From the UHGV virus genome UHGV-0041136: DNA of 45,168 nucleotides; one strand, written 5' to 3'. The notes beneath the pieces are model-generated. The model did not search any database. It saw only the letters and a list, made by a program, of their open reading frames with translations, and was not told the DNA's origin. Positions 7,099 to 16,124 of this stretch are shown here, piece after piece (within the stretch, counting starts at the first letter, position 1; each line of letters begins with the position of its first letter). Origin of the DNA: a virus. The translations under genes and the position numbers were made by a program.

Positions 7099-7328
7099 CC
7101 GAGTTCCAGTCACGTGTATTTACGGCGGTCGTTTCGTTAACACGTAAAAAAGGGTCGTGCAGCGTTATCGACTTGCGCCGTAGTTATTTTAAGTACTATA
7201 GTTCAGCCATTATTGAAGGGTCGTTAAAGGTACTGGTTAAATCCGGTGTCGTGAAAAACGTTGGCGGGAAATATAGCGCCGTTGCAGAAGTTCGCGGAAT
7301 GGCAGCCACTTTAGAAGACCTGGAATAA
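7095..7328 (+). CDS. hypothetical protein (C-terminus ...ATLEDLE)
   Basis: ATG 7095 with AGGAG SD, ATGA overlap. Confidence 0.5.
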   Translation: MTEFQSRVFTAVVSLTRKKGSCSVIDLRRSYFKYYSSAIIEGSLKVLVKSGVVKNVGGKYSAVAEVRGMAATLEDLE

Positions 7329-7386
7329 AAGAAAGCCCCGACGCGGTGAACGCCGAGGCCAAATTACTTGCTGAAGGAAATACAAC

Positions 7387-9627
7387 ATGTCCGATGTAAT
7401 TTTATCCTACTCGTGGTCACGTCGCAACGCGCGGGCGGAGAAAAAGGATATAAACGTCAGAACCACGCATACGGCAACACTGGATGACCTGAAAGAGTTA
7501 ATCCAGCCACTGGATGCCGTTCGTGGCGGAATTAACCCTAAGACTGCGCCTGGCTATATTACTGCCGCGTGCGACTCGACGCACAGCACCGTAAAAGACC
7601 CGGAAACCGGTGACTTTAAGCAAGCGCGCAAAGGCTTCTTTTATCGCTGCGACGCGTCTGTAAGCAAATCGTCGCTGGCGTATCTTGACTTCGACAGCGC
7701 AACGCCGGAAGAGTATCAGGAAGCGGTGCGCCTGGTTAAGCGCAGCCGCCATGCTATGTGCCTATACACTACAGCGTCACATACCGATGAGTCGCCGCGC
7801 TTTCGCGTCGTCATGCCGCTGGCCCGCCCGGTCGAAGGCGGCAACATCATCCGTGTTCGTCATGGATTGCTCGAGCACTTCTTCAAAGGCATGGGCGCTG
7901 ACCGCAGCGGGTTCACTCTGTCGCAGCCGATGTACCTGCCGCCGGTCGGCTCACAGGTTATCTGGTCGCGTCGCAACGACCTGATCGACCCTGACGAGTT
8001 ACTGGAAGGCGTACCGGATTACGAGGTGAGCAGCGCATCTGACTATCAGATACCAGAAGAACTGCGCACTGCATTTACTGATGCGTTCGAAGCGCTGGCG
8101 TTTGAGTACGGAGGTATCATGACGCCCCGCGGCCTTAAGATGCCAGCTACGCCGGAACACGCAGAGAACTACAGCGACCCGACACCTCGCCCGGACGACT
8201 TCCTGCTGTGTTTCCCGCGTGAAGGGTACGAAGCGCCGAACGTAACCATGATTCACGACACCGACATTACAGCAACCGAAGGCATGTCGCCGAAAGAGGT
8301 GTGGAAATACGCGTGCGATGCGACCGGGCTGCCGTTCAGTGAAGTCGCCGAGGCTATCGGATGGGGTGCGCGTGAGTCAGTTTCATGCAGCCTCGACGAC
8401 CTGGAAGACGAGGATGACTCCGAGGAGGACGAGCTACCGGAACCGGTAAAGGCTGATTTCGTCGTTGAGGGGTACATGCCGTCGGATTGCATCTGGGATA
8501 TCGTCGGGGAATCTGGCACGTACAAATCGTTCTATACGCTGGGGATGATGTACCTTAGCGCCTCCGGATACCGGTTTGCGGGCGCTGACACACAGCGTTG
8601 CCACCACTTCTATATCGACGGTGAGGGTGGCGCAGCCACACGTACACGTATTGACGCGCTCGCGGCTAAATACGGCGCAGAGGGTAAAGATTATGTACAC
8701 GTCATCGACATGGGTGAAGTCGGCAAACTTAAAAGCCTGATTAAGTTAATGCGTGAAACTGCGGGCGATGAACCTATTGGCATGGTCGCGTTCGACACCC
8801 TCAACCAGACGCTGGCCCTGACGATTGATAAGTTTGACGAGAACAGTTCATCAACGGCAATCGGCATGGGTAAAGTTATCGCCATCCTGAAAGAAGTACG
8901 CGACGCGACTAAAGCCGCGGTAGGTGTTGTCCATCATACGCCGAAGGGGGGAAAGAAAGCCCGTGGCAGCGGGGCACTGTATGCAGGTGTCGACGTGGAA
9001 CTGACAATCGAACGTGCAACCGACCGTCAAATAAATGTATACCACTCTAAATTTAAGCACGGGCCTCAACAGAAAACTGTCGGTATGGTTCTGGAGTCCG
9101 TACAGTTCCGTGAAGCCCCGCCGCCGAAAGAATACCGTGCTGTTGAGTTCCTGGGTAGCACCGAGGAATATGGCACAATCGTAAACCTCGACCTGCCTGA
9201 GCCTCACAAGGCGCTTGTGCTGATGCCGTGGGGCTTCGAGCCGTTCAAGATTGACGAGGAGAAAGAGCGGGAAGAAGGGCTGACGAAAGAAGGTAAAGAA
9301 AACGTAAAGAATGCTGTAAAACGCGGGAAGGATGAAGGGCGTAAGGAATCAATACTCGCCGCGCTGGAAGACCTGCAACAGTCTAACGACACCGGACGAG
9401 GTTTTACCCAACGGCAGATAGTAGCGAACTCGGGCGACCACGCCATCACCAACCACCATCTCGAGAAGATGCTGAAAGACGGGGAGTTGATGCTCGGGTG
9501 CGATGTTAACGGTGAAGTTATGCCAGGCACATACCGGATACCGGAAAAGATGGGTGACAGATTAAGACCGAAGACAATATACGAACCAAATGAAATGCTA
9601 ACAGTGACAGAGGAGGATTTGGAGTAG
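7387..9627 (+). CDS. primase/helicase-type replication protein (N-terminal primase-polymerase-like, C-terminal RecA-like ATPase)
   Basis: YLDFDSATPEEY (DxD) in N-terminal half; acidic linker; Walker A GESGTYKS and VVHHTPKGG motif in C-terminal half; ends VTEEDLE. Confidence 0.7.
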   Translation: MSDVILSYSWSRRNARAEKKDINVRTTHTATLDDLKELIQPLDAVRGGINPKTAPGYITAACDSTHSTVKDPETGDFKQARKGFFYRCDASVSKSSLAYLDFDSATPEEYQEAVRLVKRSRHAMCLYTTASHTDESPRFRVVMPLARPVEGGNIIRVRHGLLEHFFKGMGADRSGFTLSQPMYLPPVGSQVIWSRRNDLIDPDELLEGVPDYEVSSASDYQIPEELRTAFTDAFEALAFEYGGIMTPRGLKMPATPEHAENYSDPTPRPDDFLLCFPREGYEAPNVTMIHDTDITATEGMSPKEVWKYACDATGLPFSEVAEAIGWGARESVSCSLDDLEDEDDSEEDELPEPVKADFVVEGYMPSDCIWDIVGESGTYKSFYTLGMMYLSASGYRFAGADTQRCHHFYIDGEGGAATRTRIDALAAKYGAEGKDYVHVIDMGEVGKLKSLIKLMRETAGDEPIGMVAFDTLNQTLALTIDKFDENSSSTAIGMGKVIAILKEVRDATKAAVGVVHHTPKGGKKARGSGALYAGVDVELTIERATDRQINVYHSKFKHGPQQKTVGMVLESVQFREAPPPKEYRAVEFLGSTEEYGTIVNLDLPEPHKALVLMPWGFEPFKIDEEKEREEGLTKEGKENVKNAVKRGKDEGRKESILAALEDLQQSNDTGRGFTQRQIVANSGDHAITNHHLEKMLKDGELMLGCDVNGEVMPGTYRIPEKMGDRLRPKTIYEPNEMLTVTEEDLE

Positions 9628-9636
9628 GTAAAAAGA

Positions 9637-9655
9637 AAGGGGCGTTAAGCCCCTT
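9637..9655. terminator. bidirectional hairpin terminator between convergent genes
   Basis: AAGGGGC-gttaa-GCCCCTT; A-run upstream on plus strand gives a T-run after the hairpin on the minus transcript. Confidence 0.5.
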
Positions 9656-9860
9656 CACCGAACGCCAGCCACTTGGCGTCTACTTGCAGCACTTCCGCCA
9701 GTTTAAACAGCGTCGCCGGGCGGACGTCCTGAGTTACCCCGAGCGCAAGCTGGTTAATTGCGCCCTGGGAAACGCCAGCCAGAACAGCCAGACGGCGCTG
9801 GGAGATGCCGAGTTCTTTACGGCGTTGTTCTACACGGATGCCTAGTTCAGATGGTTGCAT
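9645..9860 (-). CDS. XRE-family HTH regulator (Cro/CI-type)
   Basis: ATG 9860 with AAGGAG SD; RRKELGISQRRLAVLAGVSQGAINQLALG is a classic HTH_3 segment; only minus-strand gene inside the plus-strand module. Confidence 0.75.
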   Translation of the reverse strand: MQPSELGIRVEQRRKELGISQRRLAVLAGVSQGAINQLALGVTQDVRPATLFKLAEVLQVDAKWLAFGEGA

Positions 9861-9888
9861 GTCAATTACTCCTTAGTTAGTTGATATG

Positions 9889-9905
9889 TGAATAGTACCA
9901 TATTA
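9889..9905 (-). promoter_or_regulatory. operator copy (AATAGtaccATATT) overlapping the extended -10 (TGgTACTAT) of the regulator promoter
   Basis: minus strand reads ...aatatggTACTATtcacatatc...AAGGAG...ATG. Confidence 0.45.
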
Positions 9906-9924
9906 ATTATTTTAGAAAAGCCCA

Positions 9925-9953
9925 TTGACATAATGAATAGTTAGCTATTATAG
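9925..9953 (+). promoter_or_regulatory. class II promoter: -35 TTGACA, operator AATAGttagCTATT overlapping -10 (TATTAT/ATTATA)
   Basis: cccaTTGACAtaatgAATAGttagCTATTatag, 35 nt upstream of ATG 9986; same arrangement at 12629..12656. Confidence 0.5.
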
Positions 9954-9985
9954 TTAGCCCATACCAAACGAGAGGAGAGAAACAA

Positions 9986-10480
9986 ATGTTAGACCAATTC
10001 TTAAAATTACTGGAACGTTTCGTAGTTGCACATGAACTGATTGCCGCGAACAGTGCGAAACAAGTTGTCGTTGCTGAAGTAGATGGGTTAACCGCAGAGA
10101 CTAAAGAACAGGTGAAAGAAAAAGTAGTTAAAGCCGAAACAAAAGAAATCCCGGTGGAAGGCGAAGGCATCGTTGACACTAAACAGGCGGAAGAAGAGAA
10201 GCCTAAACGCAAGCCGCGTAAAGCTAAAGTAGAGGAGCCGACGCCAGAACCGGAAGAAGAGAAGGAAGAAGTTGATTACCAGTCTCTGCGTGACCAGATT
10301 CAGGCTATCGACGATGCGATTAACGAAGGTCCAAGCGATGCCGCGTGCGATGATTCTGATGAACTGCTGGAAGAGTTCACCGGTAAGAAAATGAAGATTG
10401 CTGCGATTAAAGACGAAGACCTGGCTGAATACCTGGAACGCCTCACAGCAATCAAGAACAAGTATTTCGAAGAAGAATAA
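9986..10480 (+). CDS. acidic/lysine-rich protein of unknown function
   Basis: ATG 9986 with GAGGAGAG SD; long E/K/P-rich segment, ends KYFEEE. Confidence 0.55.
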   Translation: MLDQFLKLLERFVVAHELIAANSAKQVVVAEVDGLTAETKEQVKEKVVKAETKEIPVEGEGIVDTKQAEEEKPKRKPRKAKVEEPTPEPEEEKEEVDYQSLRDQIQAIDDAINEGPSDAACDDSDELLEEFTGKKMKIAAIKDEDLAEYLERLTAIKNKYFEEE

Positions 10481-10488
10481 TTATCCCG

Positions 10489-10507
10489 GCGGCCTTCGGG
10501 CCGCTTT
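10489..10507 (+). terminator. hairpin GCGGCC-ttcg-GGCCGC followed by TTT
   Basis: UUCG tetraloop stem-loop directly after stop at 10480; short T tract. Confidence 0.4.
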
Positions 10508-10524
10508 AACTGAGGGTCGGAAAT

Positions 10525-10914
10525 ATGAAATACGAAGCTATGAGCGATTTTGAAATTAATTGTGCAGTGGCAGTCGCATTAGATTTGAATGAACATTTGT
10601 TCTTTCCATCTGGCGTCGATGACTTTGATAGTGATACTGATGATTCAGATATGGGGCCAGTGTGGCAAACACGAATGCCGTTTGTTAAAGGTTTTAGACC
10701 ATCTAATGGTAATTTATTCAACCCGTGCAACAACATAGATATTGCGTGGCAAATTATTACTCGAAATCATATATCGATTGAATGCGTTACGGTTAACCGA
10801 CATACGTTTACGTATAGGGCGTATCACTCGGCATCGTTCACCAAAAGTACGCACGAAAACCCACTCCGCGCCGCCATGATTGTATTTCTGAAAATGCAGG
10901 AGATGGCGCAATGA
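10525..10914 (+). CDS. hypothetical phage protein (possibly DUF2591-like)
   Basis: ATG 10525; motif LFNPCNNIDIAWQII; family assignment from memory only. Confidence 0.4.
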   Translation: MKYEAMSDFEINCAVAVALDLNEHLFFPSGVDDFDSDTDDSDMGPVWQTRMPFVKGFRPSNGNLFNPCNNIDIAWQIITRNHISIECVTVNRHTFTYRAYHSASFTKSTHENPLRAAMIVFLKMQEMAQ

Positions 10915-11183
10915 TTTACCAACTCTACCGCGCCGTCGACAGGCGGGATAACACGGAGGCGTTATGGCTATTGCGTGCGCCGTCCGGTGCGCACCAGATG
11001 GAAGAGATGGCGTACTTAGGCAAAGCACCGCGGCCTAAAGATATCGGCCGTCACGTGTCGCAGATTAAGCGCACGACTTTCGCCAAACCTGACTTTTATG
11101 TCTTCGAGTCGATGTATAGCTGGGCCTTACATTGTGACCACAAGACCAGACATTTAATTGACCAGTGGGAGAACAGGGCATGA
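10911..11183 (+). CDS. hypothetical protein
   Basis: ATGA overlap with upstream gene. Confidence 0.45.
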   Translation: MIYQLYRAVDRRDNTEALWLLRAPSGAHQMEEMAYLGKAPRPKDIGRHVSQIKRTTFAKPDFYVFESMYSWALHCDHKTRHLIDQWENRA

Positions 11184-12454
11184 TTCTAAAAGAACGCGGT
11201 GGCAATAACGATGTGCACGCCTTACTGTCGCCGTCTGGCGCTAAAAAGTGGCTAAGCTGCGCCGCATCACTGGCCTGTGAGAAAGATATTCCTAACACAT
11301 CCGGTAAAGCTGCGGTATTAGGCACGGCTATGCACACCATAGCTGAGATGCACCTTAACCAGTACATCAAAGGCACTGCGTTGCCGTTAGAGCGTGAAGT
11401 TGGTGCTTATGTTCTGGATGAGGGTAGAGGCCAGATTAAGGCGCTAATCAGCCCGATGAAAGGCGCGGTACTGATTACGGCTGACATGATTGAACAGGTT
11501 CGCAAGTACACCGACTACTGCAAAGCGATTATCGATGTAGCGACTTACGCCAAGCTGGAAATGCGCGTCAATCTTACTGAGGTATTGCATCCGGGTTACG
11601 AAGGCGTTGAGACGTTCGGGACCGCTGACCTTGTTGCCGTACAGGAACTGGCGAACACCGACGAGCACATGTTAATTATCGGTGACCTGAAAACAGGGCG
11701 ACATCGTGTTGAAGCAAAAGAAAACAAGCAGCTTATGCTTTACGCTCTCGGTGTTTATCGCCGACTCAAGAGACGTTACAACATCACAGTTGTGCGTCTG
11801 GTTATCTTCCAGCCGTATGCTGGAGGTGCGTCGGAGTGGGACATCTCGGTTGAAGGTCTGGAACTGTTCGCTAAGTTCGCACAGAAACGTGCGCTGTTAG
11901 CGCTTGATGCTTATTTCCGTGGCAAGAAGAATCTGAAAGCATCTGACTTCAGGCCGTCGGTAGATGGTTGTCAGTGGTGTCGGTTCGCTGAACAATGCGC
12001 TGCGCGTACAAAAACCGTTAACTCGGTACTGGCGGAAGAACTGGAAGACGACTTTGCGCTGGAACTGACGCCTGAGCAACTCGTAGCTGAGTATGAGAAG
12101 TTGCCGTTGCTGCGACAGCACATTGATAAGGTCGAGAAAGCTATGGCTGCCGCGTTGCATTCCGGTAAGAAAGTGCCGGGGTACAAGTTGGTAGAAGGAC
12201 GCCCAGGCAATCGTGCGTGGAAAGATGAAGACGCCGTAAATAAATTCAGAGAAAACCATGTAAACGGCTACTTATTAGATAAACTAGTGCCAGTTACCCC
12301 AACAGAAGCAGAAAAAACCATAGGTAAAATTGACCCAGAACTGTGGGAAGAATTGGCTAAACTCGTGACCCGTAAGCCAGGCGCGCCATGCGTCGCAACG
12401 GCAGATGACAAACGTCCTGAGTGGATTCAGGTAACAGAGGAGGATTTAGAATGA
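11180..12454 (+). CDS. PD-(D/E)XK nuclease, Cas4-like / DUF2800-type
   Basis: ATG 11180 (track starts at GTG 11165); N-terminal LLSPSGAKKWLSC; C-terminal cysteines DGCQWCRFAEQC typical of Cas4-like Fe-S nucleases; ends VTEEDLE. Confidence 0.6.
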   Translation: MILKERGGNNDVHALLSPSGAKKWLSCAASLACEKDIPNTSGKAAVLGTAMHTIAEMHLNQYIKGTALPLEREVGAYVLDEGRGQIKALISPMKGAVLITADMIEQVRKYTDYCKAIIDVATYAKLEMRVNLTEVLHPGYEGVETFGTADLVAVQELANTDEHMLIIGDLKTGRHRVEAKENKQLMLYALGVYRRLKRRYNITVVRLVIFQPYAGGASEWDISVEGLELFAKFAQKRALLALDAYFRGKKNLKASDFRPSVDGCQWCRFAEQCAARTKTVNSVLAEELEDDFALELTPEQLVAEYEKLPLLRQHIDKVEKAMAAALHSGKKVPGYKLVEGRPGNRAWKDEDAVNKFRENHVNGYLLDKLVPVTPTEAEKTIGKIDPELWEELAKLVTRKPGAPCVATADDKRPEWIQVTEEDLE

Positions 12455-12624
12455 TGGTTTATATTCTCACGCGGTATCACCGCCGATATTCTATTCAAGA
12501 ACTTGATATTGTTTCTGTTCACGCTAAACGCGCCGACGCCGACAAAATTGCAGAAGAGAAGAACTCAAAGCATGAGGCGGTGCAGCCTTATATTTATAAG
12601 GTAGTTCCGAAGAAACTTAAATAA
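12451..12624 (+). CDS. hypothetical small protein
   Basis: ATG 12451 with AGGAGGA SD, ATGA overlap (track starts at GTG 12421). Confidence 0.45.
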   Translation: MMVYILTRYHRRYSIQELDIVSVHAKRADADKIAEEKNSKHEAVQPYIYKVVPKKLK

Positions 12625-12628
12625 AGTG

Positions 12629-12656
12629 TTGACACCTGAATAGTTAGCTATTATAG
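12629..12656 (+). promoter_or_regulatory. class II promoter: -35 TTGACA, operator AATAGttagCTATT, -10 TATTAT
   Basis: gtgTTGACAcctgAATAGttagCTATTatagtt, same arrangement as 9925..9953. Confidence 0.5.
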
Positions 12657-12725
12657 TTTTAATCACTGGCCGGGCAGCTTCCCGGAGTAAACTTTGAAAT
12701 ATAAACTGAAAAGCGAGAAATCACG

Positions 12726-13355
12726 ATGGGTATTAAACTGAATCTGCGTAAAGTAAACACTGCATGGGTTAACGTATTCGAACGCGCTGCTGATTCTGAG
12801 GACAAGAAAACCGGTAAACTGATTAAGGGCAAATATCAGGTTACGGTTCTTATGCAGCCTGACCATCCTCAAATTGATGCGCTTTATGATACCGCGTTGG
12901 AAGTTGTAACAGAGGCGATCGGGGCAGCTGCTGCTGAGAAATGGATGAAGGCGAACTACGGCGAAGACCACCATGCTGATAAATGCTGCGTCCGTGACCT
13001 GGCAATGCGCGACAATCCGATTGAAGATTTTGAAGAAGGTCTGTATTTCCGCGCTACTAACAACCGACAACCTGTGATTATGACATCGGCTAAAGGCGAA
13101 AAACAAACCGAGCCTGATTTCAACATCGACGGGAAGGAAATAGAAGGCGAGCAGGTATATAGCGGATGTGTCGCAAACGTATCTGTAGAGTTATGGTGGC
13201 ACAAAGATTGGAAAAACCTGTGCGCTACCATCCTCGGCATCAAGTATATGGGTGAAGGTAAACGCTTCGGCGGCTCCAGTGTAGTAGCGAGCACTGACGA
13301 CCTGGAAGACGACGAAGAAGATGCTGCACCACGCCGCGAACGTCGTCGCCGCTAA
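12726..13355 (+). CDS. ssDNA-binding-like protein (DUF2815-type)
   Basis: position between Cas4-like nuclease and DNA polymerase as in PolA-type phage modules; acidic C-terminal region DDLEDDEEDA then RRERRRR. Confidence 0.5.
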   Translation: MGIKLNLRKVNTAWVNVFERAADSEDKKTGKLIKGKYQVTVLMQPDHPQIDALYDTALEVVTEAIGAAAAEKWMKANYGEDHHADKCCVRDLAMRDNPIEDFEEGLYFRATNNRQPVIMTSAKGEKQTEPDFNIDGKEIEGEQVYSGCVANVSVELWWHKDWKNLCATILGIKYMGEGKRFGGSSVVASTDDLEDDEEDAAPRRERRRR

Positions 13356-13374
13356 TATCTGAATCAATTTAACT

Positions 13375-13396
13375 AGGCCCTTTATTGGGCCTTTTT
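13375..13396 (+). terminator. hairpin AGGCCC-tttatt-GGGCCT followed by TTTT
   Basis: directly after stop at 13355. Confidence 0.5.
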
Positions 13397-13414
13397 ACTA
13401 AGGGGTCGAAAATA

Positions 13415-13570
13415 ATGTTTTTCTGTAAGCACGTTTACCGCTATATGAAACCGCTTCCGTGGTATGCAGATGAGTACCGGGCTGGGTACAGGCATGTGTG
13501 GATTTGCCGTGATTGTATGAAAATAAGATTAAGCGAAACGAAGGCACTGGATTTAAGGAAAAAGAAATGA
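13415..13570 (+). CDS. small Cys/His-containing protein (51 aa)
   Basis: ATG 13415 with AGGGG SD; FFCKH...WICRDC; stop overlaps polymerase ATG. Confidence 0.35.
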   Translation: MFFCKHVYRYMKPLPWYADEYRAGYRHVWICRDCMKIRLSETKALDLRKKK

Positions 13571-15768
13571 GCTACTTATACCTGGACTTTGAAACATTCT
13601 CCGAAGCCGATTTAAAGAAAGTCGGCTCCTACGCTTACGCCGAACACCCGTCAACCGAAGTGCTTATCTGCACATATGCTTTTGACGACGAGCCTGTGCG
13701 GGTATGGGATTGCACCGACGGCAGCGACATGCCAGGTGATTTACACCGCGCGCTACGCCGTCTGGTTAAACCGAACAGCCGCATCAAGATGGTATGGCAC
13801 AACGGCTCAATGTTCGATAGGTTAATCATGAAGCACTGCTGGGGTTTTGACATCCCGGTAAGCAACACCATTGATACGATGATTTGGGCGTTTCGCCACG
13901 CGCTGCCGGGTTCACTTGATGCATTGTGCGAAGTGCTGGGTGTATCTGCGGACAATGCAAAAGATAAACGCGGCAAGGCGCTGATTCAGCGTTTTTCTAA
14001 ACCGACACCGAAGAACTACAAAATTCGCCGCTATACCGCCGAAACGCACCCGGACGAGTGGGCGCTGTTCATCAAGTACGCCGTCAGCGACATCACCGCA
14101 ATGCGTGAAGTCTTCCATAAGCTACCACGTTGGGGTAACTCCGAGTTCGAGGACCTGGTACTGGAACTGGACCAGTTAATCAACGACCGAGGGTTTAAGG
14201 TTGACGTCGCACTGGCGGAAGCCGCGATTGAAGCCGTAGAGAAGCACAAGACACAGTTACAGGAAGAAGCCCAACGCAAATACGGCGGCTCGCTTACGGG
14301 TAAGGACTTTCTGCCGATTCTGCGTGAACTTGCGCCAGCGCACCGAATCCACAACGCGCAGAAGTCGACGCTAAATGACCTGTTGGCGGATGATGATTTA
14401 CCGGGCGACGCACGCACGATTATCGAAATGCGCCTCGGGGCCGCGTCCACAGCGTCAACGAAATATAACCCGCTTCTGTTGGGCCGCTCGTCTGACGACC
14501 GCCGTCGTGGTTGCTTGCAGTACGGCGGGGCAAAACGCACTCTGCGATGGGCGGGTAAAGGCTTTCAGCCGCAGAACCTGGCGCGCGGTTACTATCACGA
14601 TGATGAACTGGATAAAGGCATTTCAGCGTTACTTAAGGGTCGAGCTCATCGCCGTTTTGATGTAGCCAAGCTAACGGCATCGACGGTTCGTAGCTGCATC
14701 ATTCCGGAAGCAGGGCATAAGTTTGTCGTCGCCGATTACTCGAACGTTGAAGGCCGGGGGCTTGCGTGGCTGGCTGGTGAAGAAACCGCGCTCGATACTT
14801 TCCGCGCTGGACTGGATATTTACTGTGTAACCGCGGGTAAGATGTTCGGCATGGACCCTGACGATATTAAGAAAAACTTCAAGGAAATCAGACAGATAGG
14901 TAAGGCATGCGAACTGGGCCTCGGCTATGAGGGGGGCGTCGGAGCGTTCGTTACGTTCGCTAAAAACTTAGGTCTTGACCTTATCGAGATGGCAAAAACA
15001 ATGGACGGTACATTCCCTGACCACATCTGGGCCGCTACCGCACGTGGGTATGAGTGGGCGCGTATTCAGGAAGCCAAGCGACCGCCGCATCCCGGTGAAA
15101 AGGATGACCGACCGTCATATATTCTGGACAAGAAAGTGTGGCGTACTTGTGACGCTATCAAGCGTATGTGGCGCGAGGCACACCCTGAAACAGTAGCGTT
15201 CTGGCGCGACCTTAAAGACGGAATTTTAGCTGCTGTTCGTAATCCTGGTCGTGAATTTTGGGCGGGGGCACACTTGCGCAGGAATGGGGAAAGGGCCATC
15301 CGCATATGGCGTACTGTTGAATTTGATTCGTCCGGTAGGAAGGTTCCCGGTTGGTGGTTGTGTATGGAGTTGCCGTCGGGTCGTATCCTCTCGTATCCGG
15401 GAATCGGGGTTAGTGTGACAAAGGAAACAGATGAAGACGGACGGGTGAACACAAATGTGCGAATCAAGTATCAAGGCGAAAACCAGTTAACCCGCCAATG
15501 GACTACCCTGTACACACACGGCGGCAAAGCCTGTGAAAACCTGGTCCAGGCACTGTGTCGTGATTTACTTGCGTATGCGATGATTAACGTTGAGCGGGGT
15601 GGGTATCCTATCGTACTTTCGGTACACGATGAACTGGTATGTGAAACTCCAGACACACCTGAGTACACGGTGTCTGAACTGGAAAAATTAATGTGTGAGT
15701 TGCCAGAGTGGGCGGAGGGTTTTCCTCTTGTAGCAGAAGGGGCGGAGATGAAGCGTTATGCTAAGTAA
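13567..15768 (+). CDS. DNA polymerase, family A, with 3'-5' exonuclease domain
   Basis: ATG 13567; exo motif LDFETFS; motif A VVADYSNVEGR; motif B KKNFKEIRQIGKACELGLGYEGG; motif C LSVHDELVCE. Confidence 0.9.
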   Translation: MSYLYLDFETFSEADLKKVGSYAYAEHPSTEVLICTYAFDDEPVRVWDCTDGSDMPGDLHRALRRLVKPNSRIKMVWHNGSMFDRLIMKHCWGFDIPVSNTIDTMIWAFRHALPGSLDALCEVLGVSADNAKDKRGKALIQRFSKPTPKNYKIRRYTAETHPDEWALFIKYAVSDITAMREVFHKLPRWGNSEFEDLVLELDQLINDRGFKVDVALAEAAIEAVEKHKTQLQEEAQRKYGGSLTGKDFLPILRELAPAHRIHNAQKSTLNDLLADDDLPGDARTIIEMRLGAASTASTKYNPLLLGRSSDDRRRGCLQYGGAKRTLRWAGKGFQPQNLARGYYHDDELDKGISALLKGRAHRRFDVAKLTASTVRSCIIPEAGHKFVVADYSNVEGRGLAWLAGEETALDTFRAGLDIYCVTAGKMFGMDPDDIKKNFKEIRQIGKACELGLGYEGGVGAFVTFAKNLGLDLIEMAKTMDGTFPDHIWAATARGYEWARIQEAKRPPHPGEKDDRPSYILDKKVWRTCDAIKRMWREAHPETVAFWRDLKDGILAAVRNPGREFWAGAHLRRNGERAIRIWRTVEFDSSGRKVPGWWLCMELPSGRILSYPGIGVSVTKETDEDGRVNTNVRIKYQGENQLTRQWTTLYTHGGKACENLVQALCRDLLAYAMINVERGGYPIVLSVHDELVCETPDTPEYTVSELEKLMCELPEWAEGFPLVAEGAEMKRYAK

Positions 15769-15971
15769 ATTAATTATCACGATACTGGCGGGATTTGCTG
15801 CCGGTGTCTACTGTCACGAGGGTCAATACGGCATGATGGTTGCCATATTGGGCATGTTCATCGCAATTTATCTGTGGGTGCTGGAATGAAAATTTACTGG
15901 TTTTATGAAGAAGACTGCCGAATCTGTCCGCGCTGTGGGATTGAGCATACAAAACGTGAGGGGTGCGTGTT

Positions 15972-16124
15972 ATGACAATGCTCGTATTCTGGTCGATAGT
16001 AACCATGCTCGCACTGTTACTCGGTGCGGGAATAGCCGCAATGTTCTGTTATGGCCTGTTCTTTAAGTTTGTCGGCGTTGCCGTTCTAGGTGGTGCTTTT
16101 CTTACTTGGGTTCTGCGCTCATGA
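15972..16124 (+). CDS. small hydrophobic protein (50 aa)
   Basis: MTMLVFWSIVTMLALLLGAGIAAMFCYGLFFKFVGVAVLGGAFLTWVLRS; ATGA coupling at both ends. Confidence 0.3.
   Translation: MTMLVFWSIVTMLALLLGAGIAAMFCYGLFFKFVGVAVLGGAFLTWVLRS

Noticed and set aside
7498-9530. Minus-strand ORFs (84-118 aa) inside the primase-helicase gene
   Set aside because: Antisense shadow ORFs inside a gene with clear motifs; no SD or start context.
13635-15668. Several minus-strand ORFs inside the DNA polymerase gene
   Set aside because: Antisense to a motif-rich family A polymerase; S/R/A-rich low-complexity translations.
15770-16006. 78-aa minus-strand ORF between polymerase and VRR-NUC
   Set aside because: Opposite strand to a tightly coupled plus-strand chain of small ORFs; no start context.
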